A DNA stretch of 64,000 nucleotides from Tricharina praecox (Eukaryota), in assembly GCF_024521635.1 (NCBI RefSeq), contig NW_026250409.1:682001-746000 (forward strand). Reading direction: 5' to 3'. Position numbers and translations under genes: made by a program. Position 1 is the first letter of the stretch; each line of letters starts with the position of its first letter. A model generated the notes under the pieces. The model saw only the letters and a list, made by a program, of their open reading frames with translations. It made no database searches and was not told where the DNA came from. Shown piece by piece: positions 40,663 through 53,653 of this stretch.

Positions 40663-41289
40663 ATGGTTTTTTCTGGCTGTGCTTCGCTTTTTTTCTTTTC
40701 GGTGACGTTTTCGCAATGATAATCAAAACAACTACCGCGAAAGGAGATTTCCGTCAAGACTGTGAGGATCAAAGTGACATGCGCTCTTTTCGGTGCTCTT
40801 GCGTTCTTGCCCAGCTTCATGCCCTCCCGCTAGGCCTACAAACCCGCCCAGCTAGTGCCCATCACAAAAAGAAGCATTTGGAAATGCATAGCTGCGACCT
40901 AAGCTCAAGCCTATGCACCCCACAGACCTGTGGTAAATGGAACGTTCCTGGGGAGTTCCATGGGTTTGTGCGTACCGTAGAGTAACTTCTCCATCAGGCT
41001 GGGGTTCTTAGTCGCGGTAAGGCTTCTTTCCGCTGCGCGTGTAACATGAATTAGTTATAGGCCATCGCGGCGCCGTCTCTTGCTTGATCGACCGCCAGCT
41101 TCCCTGTGGACGCGCGGTATCCACATCACACGTACTCTACGGGCATGACGTCTCCTCGTCTTTTCGGCGCCGGTATATCTACACAAACCTACGATTCTGT
41201 CAAGACATATTCACTCAACCCTACTCTACGAACAGTCATTGAGGGAGGAAGGCAGCTCTTATCTTTTGCAGCTTGACGCCGTTAAATTT

Positions 41290-42200
41290 GAGGGCTCAGA
41301 CCGTTTCGCTAGCAGTGTTGGACGGAGGCTCTTCCCGGGGCAAAACAGCAAAACAGCAAATCGATAAAATTCGACCGTCTAGACTTGACATATGTGAATC
41401 AAAAAAAGACGACTGAACGTCGGTACTTTCAACAAAATCCCAAAACAAAAACACGCACGAGCAACTGTAATCGACTACACTAATGAATTGACCTCGATTG
41501 GAAAATAATCTGACCACCAGTCGAGATGTAAAAATACATAACCCTCGGAGGAATGGCCAGAAACGAGTTGGAAATATCTCGCTCCTTTTTCAAAAAAAGG
41601 AGCCAACGGACAAGATGTCCGTCGGAATAAAATTTTATTCTGCTCTTCGCATAGGTAATCGTAGTTATCTACGTCGGGAAGGCCTCTGCACCGCCGAAGT
41701 CGGCACCAGCACCTAGCTACCATACCTAGATGATTTGATCTCGGCAAAGCTCGAGTCCGCCGGCGAGATATATGTAAACCAGATAGCGATGTCCGCCTAT
41801 CGTAGCCGGGTGTCCTTTTCCGATATGTAGCCACAAGTTTACTCGCCTAGGACAGTCCCTCTCCTCCTCCTCCAGCAGGCAGGAGCATGCTCATCTGCTT
41901 TGAAACGAACGTCAATGGCCCACTGTTGTCTATGATGGCTATGATGGAAATCCCCCCCAAACGAGCCTCCCGTTCATGGCCAATAACGCGTGGCTTGTTA
42001 CCACGGGCTTGGACTAGATTTCCTGGACGAATCGGTTTGAGGAGACGATGAAGAGCAGCAACGAAGGTAGTTGAGGCGTTTGGGTGTTCTAGTTGCCGTG
42101 CCCTGTCCTCCAATACCTAAGGCCGTGAGCACGGCCTTGTGGGGGGAGCGGTCCTGGCGTGTGGCCGGGACGGTGCGGTGGTGCGGTGGTGCGGCCGTGT
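41290..42200 (-). ncRNA. Candidate structured non-coding RNA of unknown family
   Basis: No credible ORF. Dense abutting hairpins at 41290-41720, several needing G-U pairs that form only on the minus strand. No hallmark of known snRNA, snoRNA, tRNA or TER recognised. Confidence 0.35.
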
Positions 42201-42708
42201 TAGATCAAGTGGATGTGGACATGTGCTGTGCACCGGGAGGTAGGCTCAGAGTGAATAATGAAGTTCTACTAGTAGGTATCTCTGCGAGCGAACCAGGTGT
42301 TGTCTACTAGGTACTCGGGTGTGAGGGAAAGTTGTGCACCACCACCACTACCAAATGGCGCTGAATGGGGTGCACCACTTACCCTTACACCCGTGTACAT
42401 ACGATATCTACAAGACCCATCTGCCAAGAAACCCATTCCCGGGCTAATCCCACTATAGGCGCTAATTACAACACAACCAAAACGACGGCACCAAGCTTCA
42501 CTCCGATAGGACTACCCCAGGCAGGCGGTGCAAGCATCCCTTGCCAAGCGAGCGATTCAAGGAAGAGCTATTATACTCTACGTACATAACTCCCACCTCA
42601 GCCCGGCCAACCTCACGCACCTCACCAGCACCCGTTCCCGCACCCTTACCCTTACCAGCAGCAGCAGCAACCGCACCCGCACCACCAGCAGCAATAGCAA
42701 CCGCAAGC

Positions 42709-43582
42709 ATGATGTCCTCCACGGCGTCAACGCACACGCGGCCATCGACACACACAATCGCGAAGACAGAAGTGCGAATAAACGTGTACGACCTTCTCCC
42801 ACGTGGGCGGCTGTCGTCGTTCCTATGGACGATCGGCACGTCGTTGCTGCACACGGGCGTCGCAATCGGCGACAAGGAGTATGCCTTTGGCGGCCACGAC
42901 CGCCCCGGCGTCACGGGCGTATACTGGACGAAACCGAAGACCGAGCCCCCCGGTGGAACGTGGAAGACTGAGATCCTTCATGGCTTCACATATGCCAATG
43001 CAGAGGAGATTGACGAGATCGTGAGAGAGGTGAGTTCACCTTTTCTTTTTTTGGAAGGGGGAGGAAGGGGGAACGGGACGGAACTGATAAGTGTGGTGTG
43101 CGTGAAAGGCAAGTCTGGTGTTTCTAGGCCCGAGCTACAATCTCCTCACGCGGAACTGCAACCACTTCAGCTCGCACCTGTGTGCGGCGCTCACGGGGCA
43201 ACCAGCGCCGGCGTACCTCAACCGCGCAGCGAGCATTGGTGTAGCGCTGCCATGCGTGGTGCCCGCGGGCTGGGTGGAGCCGCCCGAGTGCGAGCTGGAG
43301 GAGCAGAGCGAGGAGGCACGGTTGACGGCGCACGCGCACCCGGGACGACGCAGACACAGTGTCAACCGCGACGATGTGTGGGACGAGTCGAGTGCGGATG
43401 AGGACGACGACGGCGGCTACTCGAGCGAGGAGAGTGAGGGAGAGCGGAGACGGCGGGAGAGAAGGCGTGCGGAGGCTAGGAAACGGGCCGCGGCTGGAAG
43501 GGAGGCCGGTGATCTGAAGGATACGCAGGGACGGCAGCTGCCGGGCGCTGAACGGGCAAGACTGGATACGACAGTGACATAG
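42709..43582 (+). CDS. PPPDE/DeSI (DUF862) deubiquitinating/desumoylating isopeptidase, 1 intron (about 43030-43108)
   Basis: INVYDL, LHTGV (catalytic His), EYAFGGH, YNLLTRNCNHFS (catalytic Cys) and P.YLNRAASIG. Confidence 0.9.
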
Positions 43583-44161
43583 AGTGTTGTCGTTCCTGCC
43601 TATCTCGTCAAGGGATGGGTCACGGCGGCCGGGGCTACGGAGGAAGAGGACCACAACGGCGGCAACAACGACGGCGACTCCTCTTCGGTCTCCAGTTGAT
43701 GGGTGTATGAATAGACTGTAGTTGACATGACCAGGCAGGCACCTGGATGGGCGCGTTCGGAGGAGTTGAGTTCGGTTTCTAGGCGTTTTCTCTGTTCCTG
43801 CTCTGTAGTCAACTTACTGTTGTTCTATTCGCTTTGTCTTTTTTCTTTTTCCATTCTATCCTTTTGGGGGTTTGCTTTGCTGGATTTTGCGGATTTTCCT
43901 GTTTCATTACCTTTTTGGGCTGCGTTCACTGAGAAATATCATCCTTCAGGTTTAAGGTGCGGCTCTGTGACTATCACTCAGGACAAGCATTTCTGACAGG
44001 TCGGTGCATGTGCACGATCCTCCATCCTGAAGCGAGAAGAGAAAACTTTCCTAACCACAGCCAAGGCAACAAGTGTAGCAGCAAAGAACAATCATCCCGC
44101 AAGATCTAGATTGCTGTGTACATCTAGCCACCCGTTCTTGAAATTACAAGAAAAGGCAAAT

Positions 44162-46482
44162 TTACTCCAGCTCCTGACCCTGGAACTCGCCCAACCTTTC
44201 CACGACCACATCCCAAGTCTCCGTGCCCTCAATGATGTCCTTGACGATCTTAACAACGTCCTCGATGCTGCTGCGCACCTGCTTCATCGTGTCACGTTCT
44301 CGCAGAGTGATGGTGTTATCCTTCAGCGTCTGGAAGTCCACAGTGACACCGAAGGGAGTGCCCAGCTCGTCGTTGCGGGCATACCGCTTCCCGATGCTGG
44401 CGCCCGAGGCGTCTACACGGTTTGCGATTCCACCCTTGCGCATGGTGCGCGAGAGCTTGTCGACGGTGGCGTCAAAGTCCCTGTTGGAGGAGAGGGGGAC
44501 GATGAGGACCTTTGTGGGTGCTAGCTTTGGCGGGAACGCGAGCACGCCGCGGGCAGCGTCTTCGGGGCGCGTGTAGTAGATGTGCTCGATCAACGAGTAG
44601 AAGATACGGCCGATACCGAAAGACGGCTCGATGACATTCGGCGTGTATTCGCGGACGTGCTGCTGCTTCTTGCGCTTGACGATCTCGACCTTTTCGAGCT
44701 TGACTTCGCCAAGGCCCTCGACGGTGATCATCACGGGCTGGCCGTTCGCCTTCTGGACGGCGAGGATCTCGCGCTGCGCTTGCGGAATCGCCTCGATTGC
44801 CTGCTCGACTTTCTTGGCGTCCTTGCGGAAGCGCGGGCCCATCCACTTCTTGTCCACGTCGACGTCCCACTCCTCCCACTCAACGGGCTTGTCCAGGTTC
44901 TCGCGGACGATCAGCGGCTGGCCGGTTTTCTTGGAGTGCACGGTAAGATCGTAGGCAGAACGGTCGGCACAGCCAACACACTCGACCCAGCCGTACGAAG
45001 TCAGGAGCTCGGCATCCCAGCAGTCAGCGGCGTAGTGGGCCATCTCGTTGGGCATGTGCTGACGAAAACGGAGCTTCTCGGGATCAATGCCGAGCTCGGT
45101 CAGGAACAGGTAGATGCGAGCGAGGAAGTATCCGAGAGTCTCGTTGTCCACCATTCCCTCCTTAACAGCCTCGCCGACAGTCTTGGTGACGAGCGTGGTC
45201 TTGCCGGACTGCTGGATGTGACGGTCCAGGAAGTTGAGGGAGACGGTGTCGGCCACCTCGGCAAAGCGGGGGTGAGACTTCTCGTTGGGGTCTACGAAGT
45301 GCTCAATTTCGGCCATCAAGAACTCGCGGACACGGAGAAGACCGGATTTGGGCGAGATCTCGTTACGGAAGGACTTTCCGATGGACGCAGAGGCGAAAGG
45401 CATCTTGGCGTTGTTGAATTCCAACAGCTTGGAGAAGGTAAGGAACTGGCCCTGTGCAGTTTCGGGGCGCAGGTAACCGGGCAGGTTCGAGGAAGGACCA
45501 ATTGAGGTCGAGAACATCAGGTTAAAGGCCACCGGGGGCTCCAACGGGTTTCCATTGGCCGGGTTGGTGATGTTGTGCTTGAAGATGAGCTCGCCGAGCT
45601 CAGCGCCATCGTAATTGTCAATCTGGACTCAATGTCAGTCCAATCCTCGAAGATTCTCGAGTGACGGGCAGTGATCGCTTGACTCATTGTAGCCAGATAT
45701 AATGAGCCCGAACTGAACAACTCCACGGCACTCACCTTTGCCAAAGTCTCCTGGTATTCCTGCACGACAGCATCGTCCAGCTTGACGGCCTTGATCTCCT
45801 TGACCTTCTTCTTCTTCTTATCATCACTCTCTTCCTTTTCGATCTTGATGCCCCTCGCCTGGAGATCACCCTTCAACCTTGCCTCCAAGACCTCCTCGAC
45901 AAGATGGTCGGCCCTGAAGATCTCGCCCGTCTTGGGGTCCTTGCACATCCAATCGGCAAACTTATCGACGTGTCCAGAGGTCTTCAGGACATCGTGAGGA
46001 GTCAACATGGTGCAATCGACCTCCATCATGTCCTCCTCGAGCACGAAATGTTTCCTCCAAGCATCGACGATGTTCGCCTGCAGGGCGCAGCCCGGGGGCC
46101 CATAGTCGTAGAGCCCCGAAACACCGCCGTAGATCTCGAACGAGGGCGTGTAGAAGAGTCGGCGGCGCAGGAGCGTGTCGAGAATGCCGCGGTCAAGCGG
46201 CTGCCCGGTTTTGGTGGTCGCCATTTCGTTCTCTTGCGTGGATAGCTGGGTTTCCCGGACTTCGAATCGGCCGGTGGTGCGGACGGTGGTGGAGAAGGTA
46301 CGGCACGAGAACAAAGGACTGGCTGAAACTCTGCTGGTTAAGTACTGGGCCGATGAGTACAGCCGGGGTTTCGGAGTGAGTAATGTCGGGGTTGCGGCCC
46401 GTATTGTGGCGGAGGTGGTGAATAGTCTTGACTTTTTTGGAGGAAACACCAAGAAGCGGGGGAGGGGTATTTGGCGACTCAT
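44162..46482 (-). CDS. GRS1: Glycyl-tRNA synthetase (alpha2 type), 1 intron (45735-45623); upstream ATG adds a mitochondrial presequence, second ATG at 46224
   Basis: FEIYGGVSGLYDYGPPG, YLRPETAQGQF, GKSFRNEISP, REFLMAEIEHF, VIEPSFGIGRI and SIGKRYARNDELG. Confidence 0.97.
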
Positions 46483-46794
46483 GGTCCACACCGCGCTTTC
46501 CCAAAGTCACACACTTCCCTCTGGCTTTCAACACCTGAAAATAGGAATTGCATTCTGCAAATACCGAAAAATTGTCTGATAGGGTCGATTTAGCCAGATC
46601 GAGGAAGTTTCCAGGCCAGTTTAACTCTATGCGGTATTTATTCCCGTAATGTCTTAGCCCCATATGTGCTCCCTGAGACTTCTCAATCGAACCCTGGTAA
46701 CTAAACTTGGGACATTTTTTCCCCAGCAACCTCACCTGCACCTTCCACCACACAATTCACCATCACCTCACCGCACCGCCTCACAACCGCCACG

Positions 46795-47964
46795 ATGCCG
46801 AAAGTCAAGAAAACCTCCACGTCGCAGAACACGTCCGCGACCTTCAACATCCCCAACAAGGTGCACCGGCAAGCGCACAACATCCGCATCAAATCCGCGC
46901 TCGCCGCCGCAAAGCGCAAGGAAAAGTTCGACCGCAAAAAGGTCGAAGCTAAAGACCCGTCGCTGCGGGAAACCCGTCTTTCTACCAACCTCCCAGACAC
47001 CATAGAGCGCAAGCGGGTATGGGACGAGCGGATTCCGGGCGCGGTGCCCACCACCACCACTGCGGGCACGGCGGATGAGGCAAAGGCGGAGGGAGTGACG
47101 GGGGAGGAGGCGGCAGCAGAGGCGGCGGAGGAGGCAGCGGCAGCGGCGGAGATCGCGGCGCACGAAGAGAACCAGGCGACGCTGGCGGAGGACGCGGAGA
47201 CCGCGGCGCTGTTCCCGACATTGGACCGGCCGCCAGGAGCTCCGCCGCGGATCCTGCTCACCACTTCGCGCTTCAACCACACCCACGACCAGGCCGAGGA
47301 GCTGGCAAATCTCTTCCCCAACACCACATATCTCCCGCGCAACAACGACCTCGGCATCGTCGAGATGGCCAAGATCGCCGCAAAGCCCACCACTATCGAT
47401 CCCGCCACCGGCGAGGTCCGCAAGCCGTACTCACACATCATGATCGCCAACGTCGAGAGCAAGCTCATCGACGCACTGACCATCATCGTGCTGCCGGAGG
47501 GCCCGACTTTCCGGTTCACCGTCTCCAACTACCAGCCGGCGAAGCGCATCAGCGGGCACGGCCGGCCGACATCGCACATCCCCGAGCTGATCCTCAACAA
47601 TTTCCTGACGCCGCTAGGAAAGACCACCGCGGGGCTATTCCAGTCTCTGTTCCCGCAGCAGCCACAGTTCCAAGGACGACAGGTAGTCACGCTGCACAAC
47701 CAGCGCGACTTCATCTTCTTCCGGCGACACAGATACGTTTTCCGCGAGAAGCGCGAGACCGAGAAAGAAGCGGGCTTCGGGTTGGACCCCACCAAGGCGG
47801 ATGGCGGAAAGGGCATGGAGGGCCTGGGAGTGCGGGTGGGACTGCAAGAGATTGGGCCGCGGTTCACGCTGAAGCTGCGGAGAGTGGAGAGGGGCGTCAA
47901 GAAGGATACCGTGTTCCAGTGGAAGGGCGGGATGGATAAGGTGCGGACCAAGTTTCAGCTTTAA
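46795..47964 (+). CDS. RPF1: Brix-domain ribosome biogenesis factor Rpf1
   Basis: LPEGPTFRF, HGRPTSHIPELILNNFLTPLG, GRQVVTLHNQRDFIFFRRHRYVF and LQEIGPRFTLKLR. Confidence 0.93.
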   Translation: MPKVKKTSTSQNTSATFNIPNKVHRQAHNIRIKSALAAAKRKEKFDRKKVEAKDPSLRETRLSTNLPDTIERKRVWDERIPGAVPTTTTAGTADEAKAEGVTGEEAAAEAAEEAAAAAEIAAHEENQATLAEDAETAALFPTLDRPPGAPPRILLTTSRFNHTHDQAEELANLFPNTTYLPRNNDLGIVEMAKIAAKPTTIDPATGEVRKPYSHIMIANVESKLIDALTIIVLPEGPTFRFTVSNYQPAKRISGHGRPTSHIPELILNNFLTPLGKTTAGLFQSLFPQQPQFQGRQVVTLHNQRDFIFFRRHRYVFREKRETEKEAGFGLDPTKADGGKGMEGLGVRVGLQEIGPRFTLKLRRVERGVKKDTVFQWKGGMDKVRTKFQL

Positions 47965-48731
47965 GTTGTTGCGTGTGGTGGGATGCGATGCGACGTGCGT
48001 GGTGTGGTGTATTGTACATACTTCGAAAAGTCCTTTTTTACGGCGTATATTCAGCGGTATAATGCTAGATATAATGATTTGAATGCAAATGGAATTGTAT
48101 TCATAGACGCCGTGTGTATCGCATAAGACCGAAAGAATAAGCATCGACCTCCACTAGAAACCCCACCTCTAAGCTCCCCTCTACAACCCGCGTCGCAGCC
48201 AGTGCAGTCTCTGAAAGCAGTGAACATAAGAAATAACTCGCTTTTTTGTATCCGATCATCCACCACGTTTGGCATCGTATTCCCCCGCGAACAGCTTCTC
48301 CGCACCAGAGACTCTTGGTCTATCCCGCGAGTAATGCTATTCCCCCGAACATCCACCTCCACCAGCTCCATTTCCCCACCAAAAAGTACACCCATCCATC
48401 CATTGACAATCATTTCCAACCAAAAAATCCGCAATTACCCGCAACCACCATACCTTTACAGTAGATATATCCGCTATGGAACGCCTGCAAGACACAACAT
48501 AATAACAACATAAAAAAAGAATATACAACCCCCCCTCTAAGATATACATGTTACAGTAAACTTTGATACCCAATTCAACTCCATCTGCCTTGCCCAAAGA
48601 ATAAAAAACAAGAAAGAAAAAAAAATACATGTATTCATAGAAGTACTGGTAGCCACCCAAATAAAACATACAAAAAAAAAAACAGTCGCGACCGCTCCGC
48701 TCGTGCCTTACGCATGATCCCCGTGGAGGGA

Positions 48732-51700
48732 TCACGCGTAAGCGCGAAGCCGGATCGCGACATGTTGGAGCCTTGCCGTGCTCGCCTCCATGTCAGGGTT
48801 CTGGGCGGCGGCATTGGCCAGGTCTTCGTCGTCGTCGTCCTCAGTGCCGAACATGGCCGCGTCCACCTTGCGGTGGTGGGCGATGAACTCCTCGACCGCG
48901 GTCAGGACACACTTCAGACTCGAGTTGGGGAGCCGCCCGCGCATCCGGTAGCGGATGTGGTCCTCTTGGCTGAGGTCCCCCAGGAGAACTGCCAGATATC
49001 CGAAGGCCACGTTCGTGTGCGAGGCTTCCATTGAGTCCGCCTGTATTACATTAGAGCACATCGAGCCAAGGATATAGGGGGGTACCTACCTCCGCGATAC
49101 GCTCCTGGTTCTCCAGGAAAATATCTAGGAGAACATCGATTGCCAGGGGAGTCCCTTCGATGGACTCCACCACTGTAACCGAATTAGAAGAGCGATCACA
49201 CGAGGGTGAGGGGGGGATGAACAAACCTCTATCGCCAACCGCCGCCCTCGCCTTCGAAGAGAACTCGGCGAAATTCAGCATCAGTCCCAAGCTCAGGACA
49301 AGAAAGTCCACGGAGATAAGTCGCTGCAACTCCTCGAGGTTTCCGGACAACGCCTGGAACATCTCCTTGATTATAGCAACCAGGCTGCAGATAATCGAAG
49401 ACTCCGCAAAGATATCGCACACGACCGGGACATTGTTGGTGATGTTGATGTGCAAACGGAGCAGCAGCAACAACGAATCGCGCAGCTTCTCGTCGCAGCC
49501 CCACCCGCGCATAGCCGGGAGAAGGTTGGCTAGAACAACCAACTTGTCCGCCGCGACCTGCATCTCGAGTGATCCGCATCCACCCATGGTGTATGCCTCG
49601 AGGATCGAAATTGGAAGCTCCAGAGCATACGGTCCGCGTATCTTAAGGCTCTTGGGATATTGTTTTGAAGTCGCAAACGGACTGAGGATGTTCAACAAGC
49701 CCCGCAGCACGCCCTTGGACAATATCTCGCTGGTGCTTCCGTGGCTCCGAAATTTCCTGACCAGTAGGTCCAGGATTTGCAGCGCAATCAGCTGCAAAGA
49801 TATTGTGTTGACGCCCTTGCCCAAAACTCCAGATTTCTCAATCATAGCACGAAGGTCGTTGAGATCCTCGGTTGCAAACTTCGACAACTTAATCTTCTCA
49901 TCCTGAGCGAGTGCGGATACGTCCTTAGACGATCCCAGCATCTTCGTCAACATCGGCATAACACCGTTTTTAGTGACATAAAACATGATCCGAGGCGTTG
50001 GATCGTTCTTGATAAAGCCGAGAACGAGATAGCCGAGCGCGCACAAGATCATCTCCACAAAGTTAGCTGTGTTGATTGAAAGCCGGGGGGGAAACCCTTT
50101 ACCTCATCGGTCTGTTGGTCCATCTTGACCAGGAGTCGTTCATCGAATGAGTTTCTGCGAAACTTCTGATTGAAATCCTTGTTGGCTAGCTTCTTGACCA
50201 ACTCGAAGTATCTATGTGCACCGGTTAGCTGTTGTAGACTTATACGCGGAGGGGAATGTTCTCACCCGGTTCGTCTAGATTCGAGGCTTCCTTCGAGGCC
50301 ATCGAAAAGGTACTCAACATCGTCAAGAAACATAGTTTGTTCTCCGGTCACCTTCATCTCGTGGACGCTCATTACCGCCGGATGCCCAATTGGCGCTTTC
50401 GTACTGGTCTTCTCGATGGTGGTAGACGGCGCGGGGTACTCAAGACGGCGTCTTCCGCTCTGCATAGACGTGATATCGGGAAGAGGGATATTCAGCAGGT
50501 CCTCCAGACTACCGGGCTCTTCCATCCTGTATGACCTCTGTCGGGCATATGTGACGCGAGCGCCATCGTTCATCTGTCTCTGTAAACCAGTGACTAGGAT
50601 CTCCTGCGAAGATTCCTGGGAGGTCGAGCCTGATTTCGGTCGAGCAATAGGACCGCCGAGATCCTGAGATGGCGAGCGGCTCTTCTTCCGTGGCCCCTCG
50701 GTAGCGTCGCTGGCTCCAAGAGTATCAATAAGCCTCTTGCGACGCACTACTGGGGTAATTTCCTCCGTAAAAAGCCCGAAGATCGAGTCGGTTGGTGGAC
50801 TATCTCTCTTCGACTTCACAGCAGCTGTAGCGTCCTTCCGAGCGGCCTTAGGCTTCTTCACAGCAGCTACAGCGTCTTTCCGAGCGGCCTTAGGTTTCTT
50901 CGCAGCTGTCACGGGCACCGTATTCGTCTCCTCCGGAACGGTCTTCAGACTGTCCGTCTTCGCTAGCTTCGATTTCTGCAGCTTCGGCGCCTTCATCTTC
51001 TCGTTCGTCGGCTTCTCGGTCATCGCTTTCTCAACCGCCGGCTTAGGCTTCTGTGCGGCCTTGTGTCGAGGACTAGCAACGACAATCTCGATATTCCTTG
51101 ATGGCCTCTGCTTGCGGTCCTGCGACGCGCTCGGCTTCTCGGCGGTCACAGCCGGCTTCTCCTCAGGTTGGTGAGACTGCGTACGCATCACGCGCGTGCG
51201 CTTCGGCGGCGCCACAACCTTCTCGTCCTCAACCTCCATCCTCTCCGGTTGCACCTCCTCCTTCTCCATGGCACTCTCCTTCTTCTTTGCCGGCGGCGCC
51301 GCTCGTCTCGCAACCTTTGTAATCTTCGCAGTAGAGGTAAGCTTATTCGTACTCGGCTCCTCCAGCTTCACGCGCGTGGTGCGTTTATTCCTCGTAGCCA
51401 TATTATCCGCCTCGGTGGTGCTAGCTCTCTTGACCGGGACGGCGGTGGTCGCGGCGGCGGCGGCGGTGGTGGTTTTGGTTGTAGTTGTAGTCTTGCTCTT
51501 CGCGGTCTTGCCTGCGGCGGCGGCGGGGGCGGTGGTGGTGGTGATAGTGGTGGTAGTAGTGGGGACGCGTTTGCGCTTTAACGTGCGAACAGCGGCCTGC
51601 GCATCCTCGGCCTCGTCGCTGGAGGGGAAATCGAACACCTTCATCTCGTCCTCACGGGCATGCTCCTGCGACAATTCCTTCTCGATCCGCAGCTGTGTCG

Positions 51701-51914
51701 CAGTTCCATCGTCGCTCTCGGAGGTCGGCTTCTTGTTGGCTGCTCGAGCTGCTGGTTTACCCACTCTTCCCCCCATGCCCTCCCCTCCTCCTGCCCGAGA
51801 CGTTGAGCTCGACGATAGGAAGATGTCGTCAATCGCCGAGAATCGCTTCCTAGCCGATTTTCCGTAGACGGCTGCCGGTCGCTTGCGGCGCTGGGCGGGC
51901 GGTGTCTCCTCCAT
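48732..51914 (-). CDS. WPL1: Cohesin release factor Wapl/Wpl1 (Rad61); about 4 introns
   Basis: Long K/A/T-rich disordered N-terminus, VTYARQRSY and SVHEM..GE..FLDDVEYLFD. Helical WAPL domain with LVLSLGLMLNFAE and SHTNVAFGYLAVLLG. Confidence 0.8.
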
Positions 51915-53653
51915 CTGTGGTCACTGTTGTCGTTGTGGTGGTTATGGTGGTGGTGGTGGTTGTAGCGGTGATAATTGTTGTGGTTGTTGTTATTAACCGG
52001 ACGGGTGTTGTGGTGGTTGTATTGTTGTCGGGTGTGGTGTGGTGGAAGTAAGATGAAGGAGGAGGGATTGTTGATGTTGTGAAGCGTGAAGTAGTTCGCC
52101 GCTCGGGGGTGACTTTGGGTGGTAGAGTAGCGGTAGTTAGCTAGCAGCTCTCCCAGTCACACTAAACGCGATGCCGCATCGCAGTGTCGGCCCACCCCAC
52201 CACCCGCACCCCAGCCGCGATTTCCCTTGGCTGGGCTTCATTCATCCTCAGGTACCAACCTATATACAAACCTCATGCACGCATACCTCATACCTACCAC
52301 TCCCGAAAATAAGCAAACCAGGCCGAATAGGCCCTTCCACAAACACCAAAACCCGTGCAACAAACACCGTCACCGTTCCCTCCTCCGGGATAGGTAGATG
52401 GATGGTCGGGCAGATAACTACTAGTAAGGCCGAACCACGCCCTACCCTCTCGGATGTATCTCGCGGCTTGCGCCCACCTCCATAACTGTGTACTTCTTTC
52501 TTGCGGGCAGGCGAGAGACGTCGATTAGCTAGTCTCGCGGCGGTGGCTCTCTTTGGTGTGGACGTCATGATCTACTTAGGTCCATAGATACGTCAAGAAA
52601 ATGATCCCCCTCAACCTCCGTAGCCCCCCCCCCCCAACCCCGCGGTCGAGACCTCGAGCCCGCGAAGGTTAGACGCAGGAACGTAGGAACGCAGGAACGC
52701 CCGGCTCCCATTGACTGCCCAGTGAGCTCGGACGCAGCTCAGCTCGCGTGGTAAGTGCACAAATCAATCAGACTCAAGGTTCGGGCACGAGTGTGGCCGT
52801 CTTCGACTCTAATATGTATACCGGTGCCTTGCTCCGAATAGGTACTGTGCCTTATTCCAGAGACAACCAGAGCGAGTATGTAAGTGCTTTTATGTAGTCA
52901 TATAGCTTCGCTCCCCCGTGAGCCCCAGTCGAGCTCGACGACAAACACCCTCTCCAAACACCTCTCAGACCTCAGTCCATTCAGGAATAACTTCCAGCCC
53001 GACCCGATTGTAAGCCTCCCTCCTTTCCCCCAGCCCGCGGAAGCTGCAGTTTCGGCCGGAAGAACTTTTGAAGGGAGGAGTTTCACCGTAGCAAACCCAA
53101 AGTGTAACCCGATTTCCTCCTGCATTCTGCACTCTGCGCTCTACTGTGACGGCGACCCATGTGTCCTGTACCACGTAACGGATATTACGTGACGGAAAGC
53201 CGAGTGATATTCACACTCGTCTTAACGGAAGATTAGATTTTCGATATGGCATTACTATCGGCTATGGTTCATTCGATCAACACACATTGGCTGCGGATGG
53301 CATGGCGGACGATATGGCTGGCTCACGATATGGCTGGCTCGCAGGACCCGACCGCCGAGTCTAAACATGGGTTTGGATTGCACAAAAGATAGACGTCCGC
53401 TGGAAAACATTTTCCTGTACGCCTAAACTAAGAAGAAAAGATTACCCCAAAGAACCCGACCGCACACCCTGTAAAATGTCCCAATCCAAACCCCAAAGAC
53501 GTGTCGTTATGCATGTAAACCCCGCGCGGTAAAGACGACGGATGGTTATGTTGTGTACGCCTCTCTCATTTGCAAGACAGGACGACGACGACCGAGAACT
53601 TTTTGATCTGAACAAGAAATTTTTTTGACAGCTATCCCGAAGCACAAAAAAAT

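Noticed and set aside
41530..41550. ATAACCCT as a telomerase RNA template
   Set aside because: Only a partial match to the expected TAACCCTAA-type template, and on the strand opposite to the G-U-favoured structure.
41370..42030. RNase P/MRP-like words (GTTGAAAGTACC, GGAAATCTAG) on the minus strand
   Set aside because: No properly placed complementary CR-V segment to form the P4 helix.
44582..45505. 307-aa ORF antisense to GRS1, and similar long antisense ORFs over MTO1, RPF1, WPL1 and PUF3
   Set aside because: Shadow ORFs from GC-rich codon bias, with no recognisable motifs.
52154..52448. Homol-D (CAGTCACA) and Homol-E-like (GCCCTACCCT) words upstream of WPL1
   Set aside because: They are far apart and not next to a ribosomal protein gene start, so I cannot distinguish them from chance.
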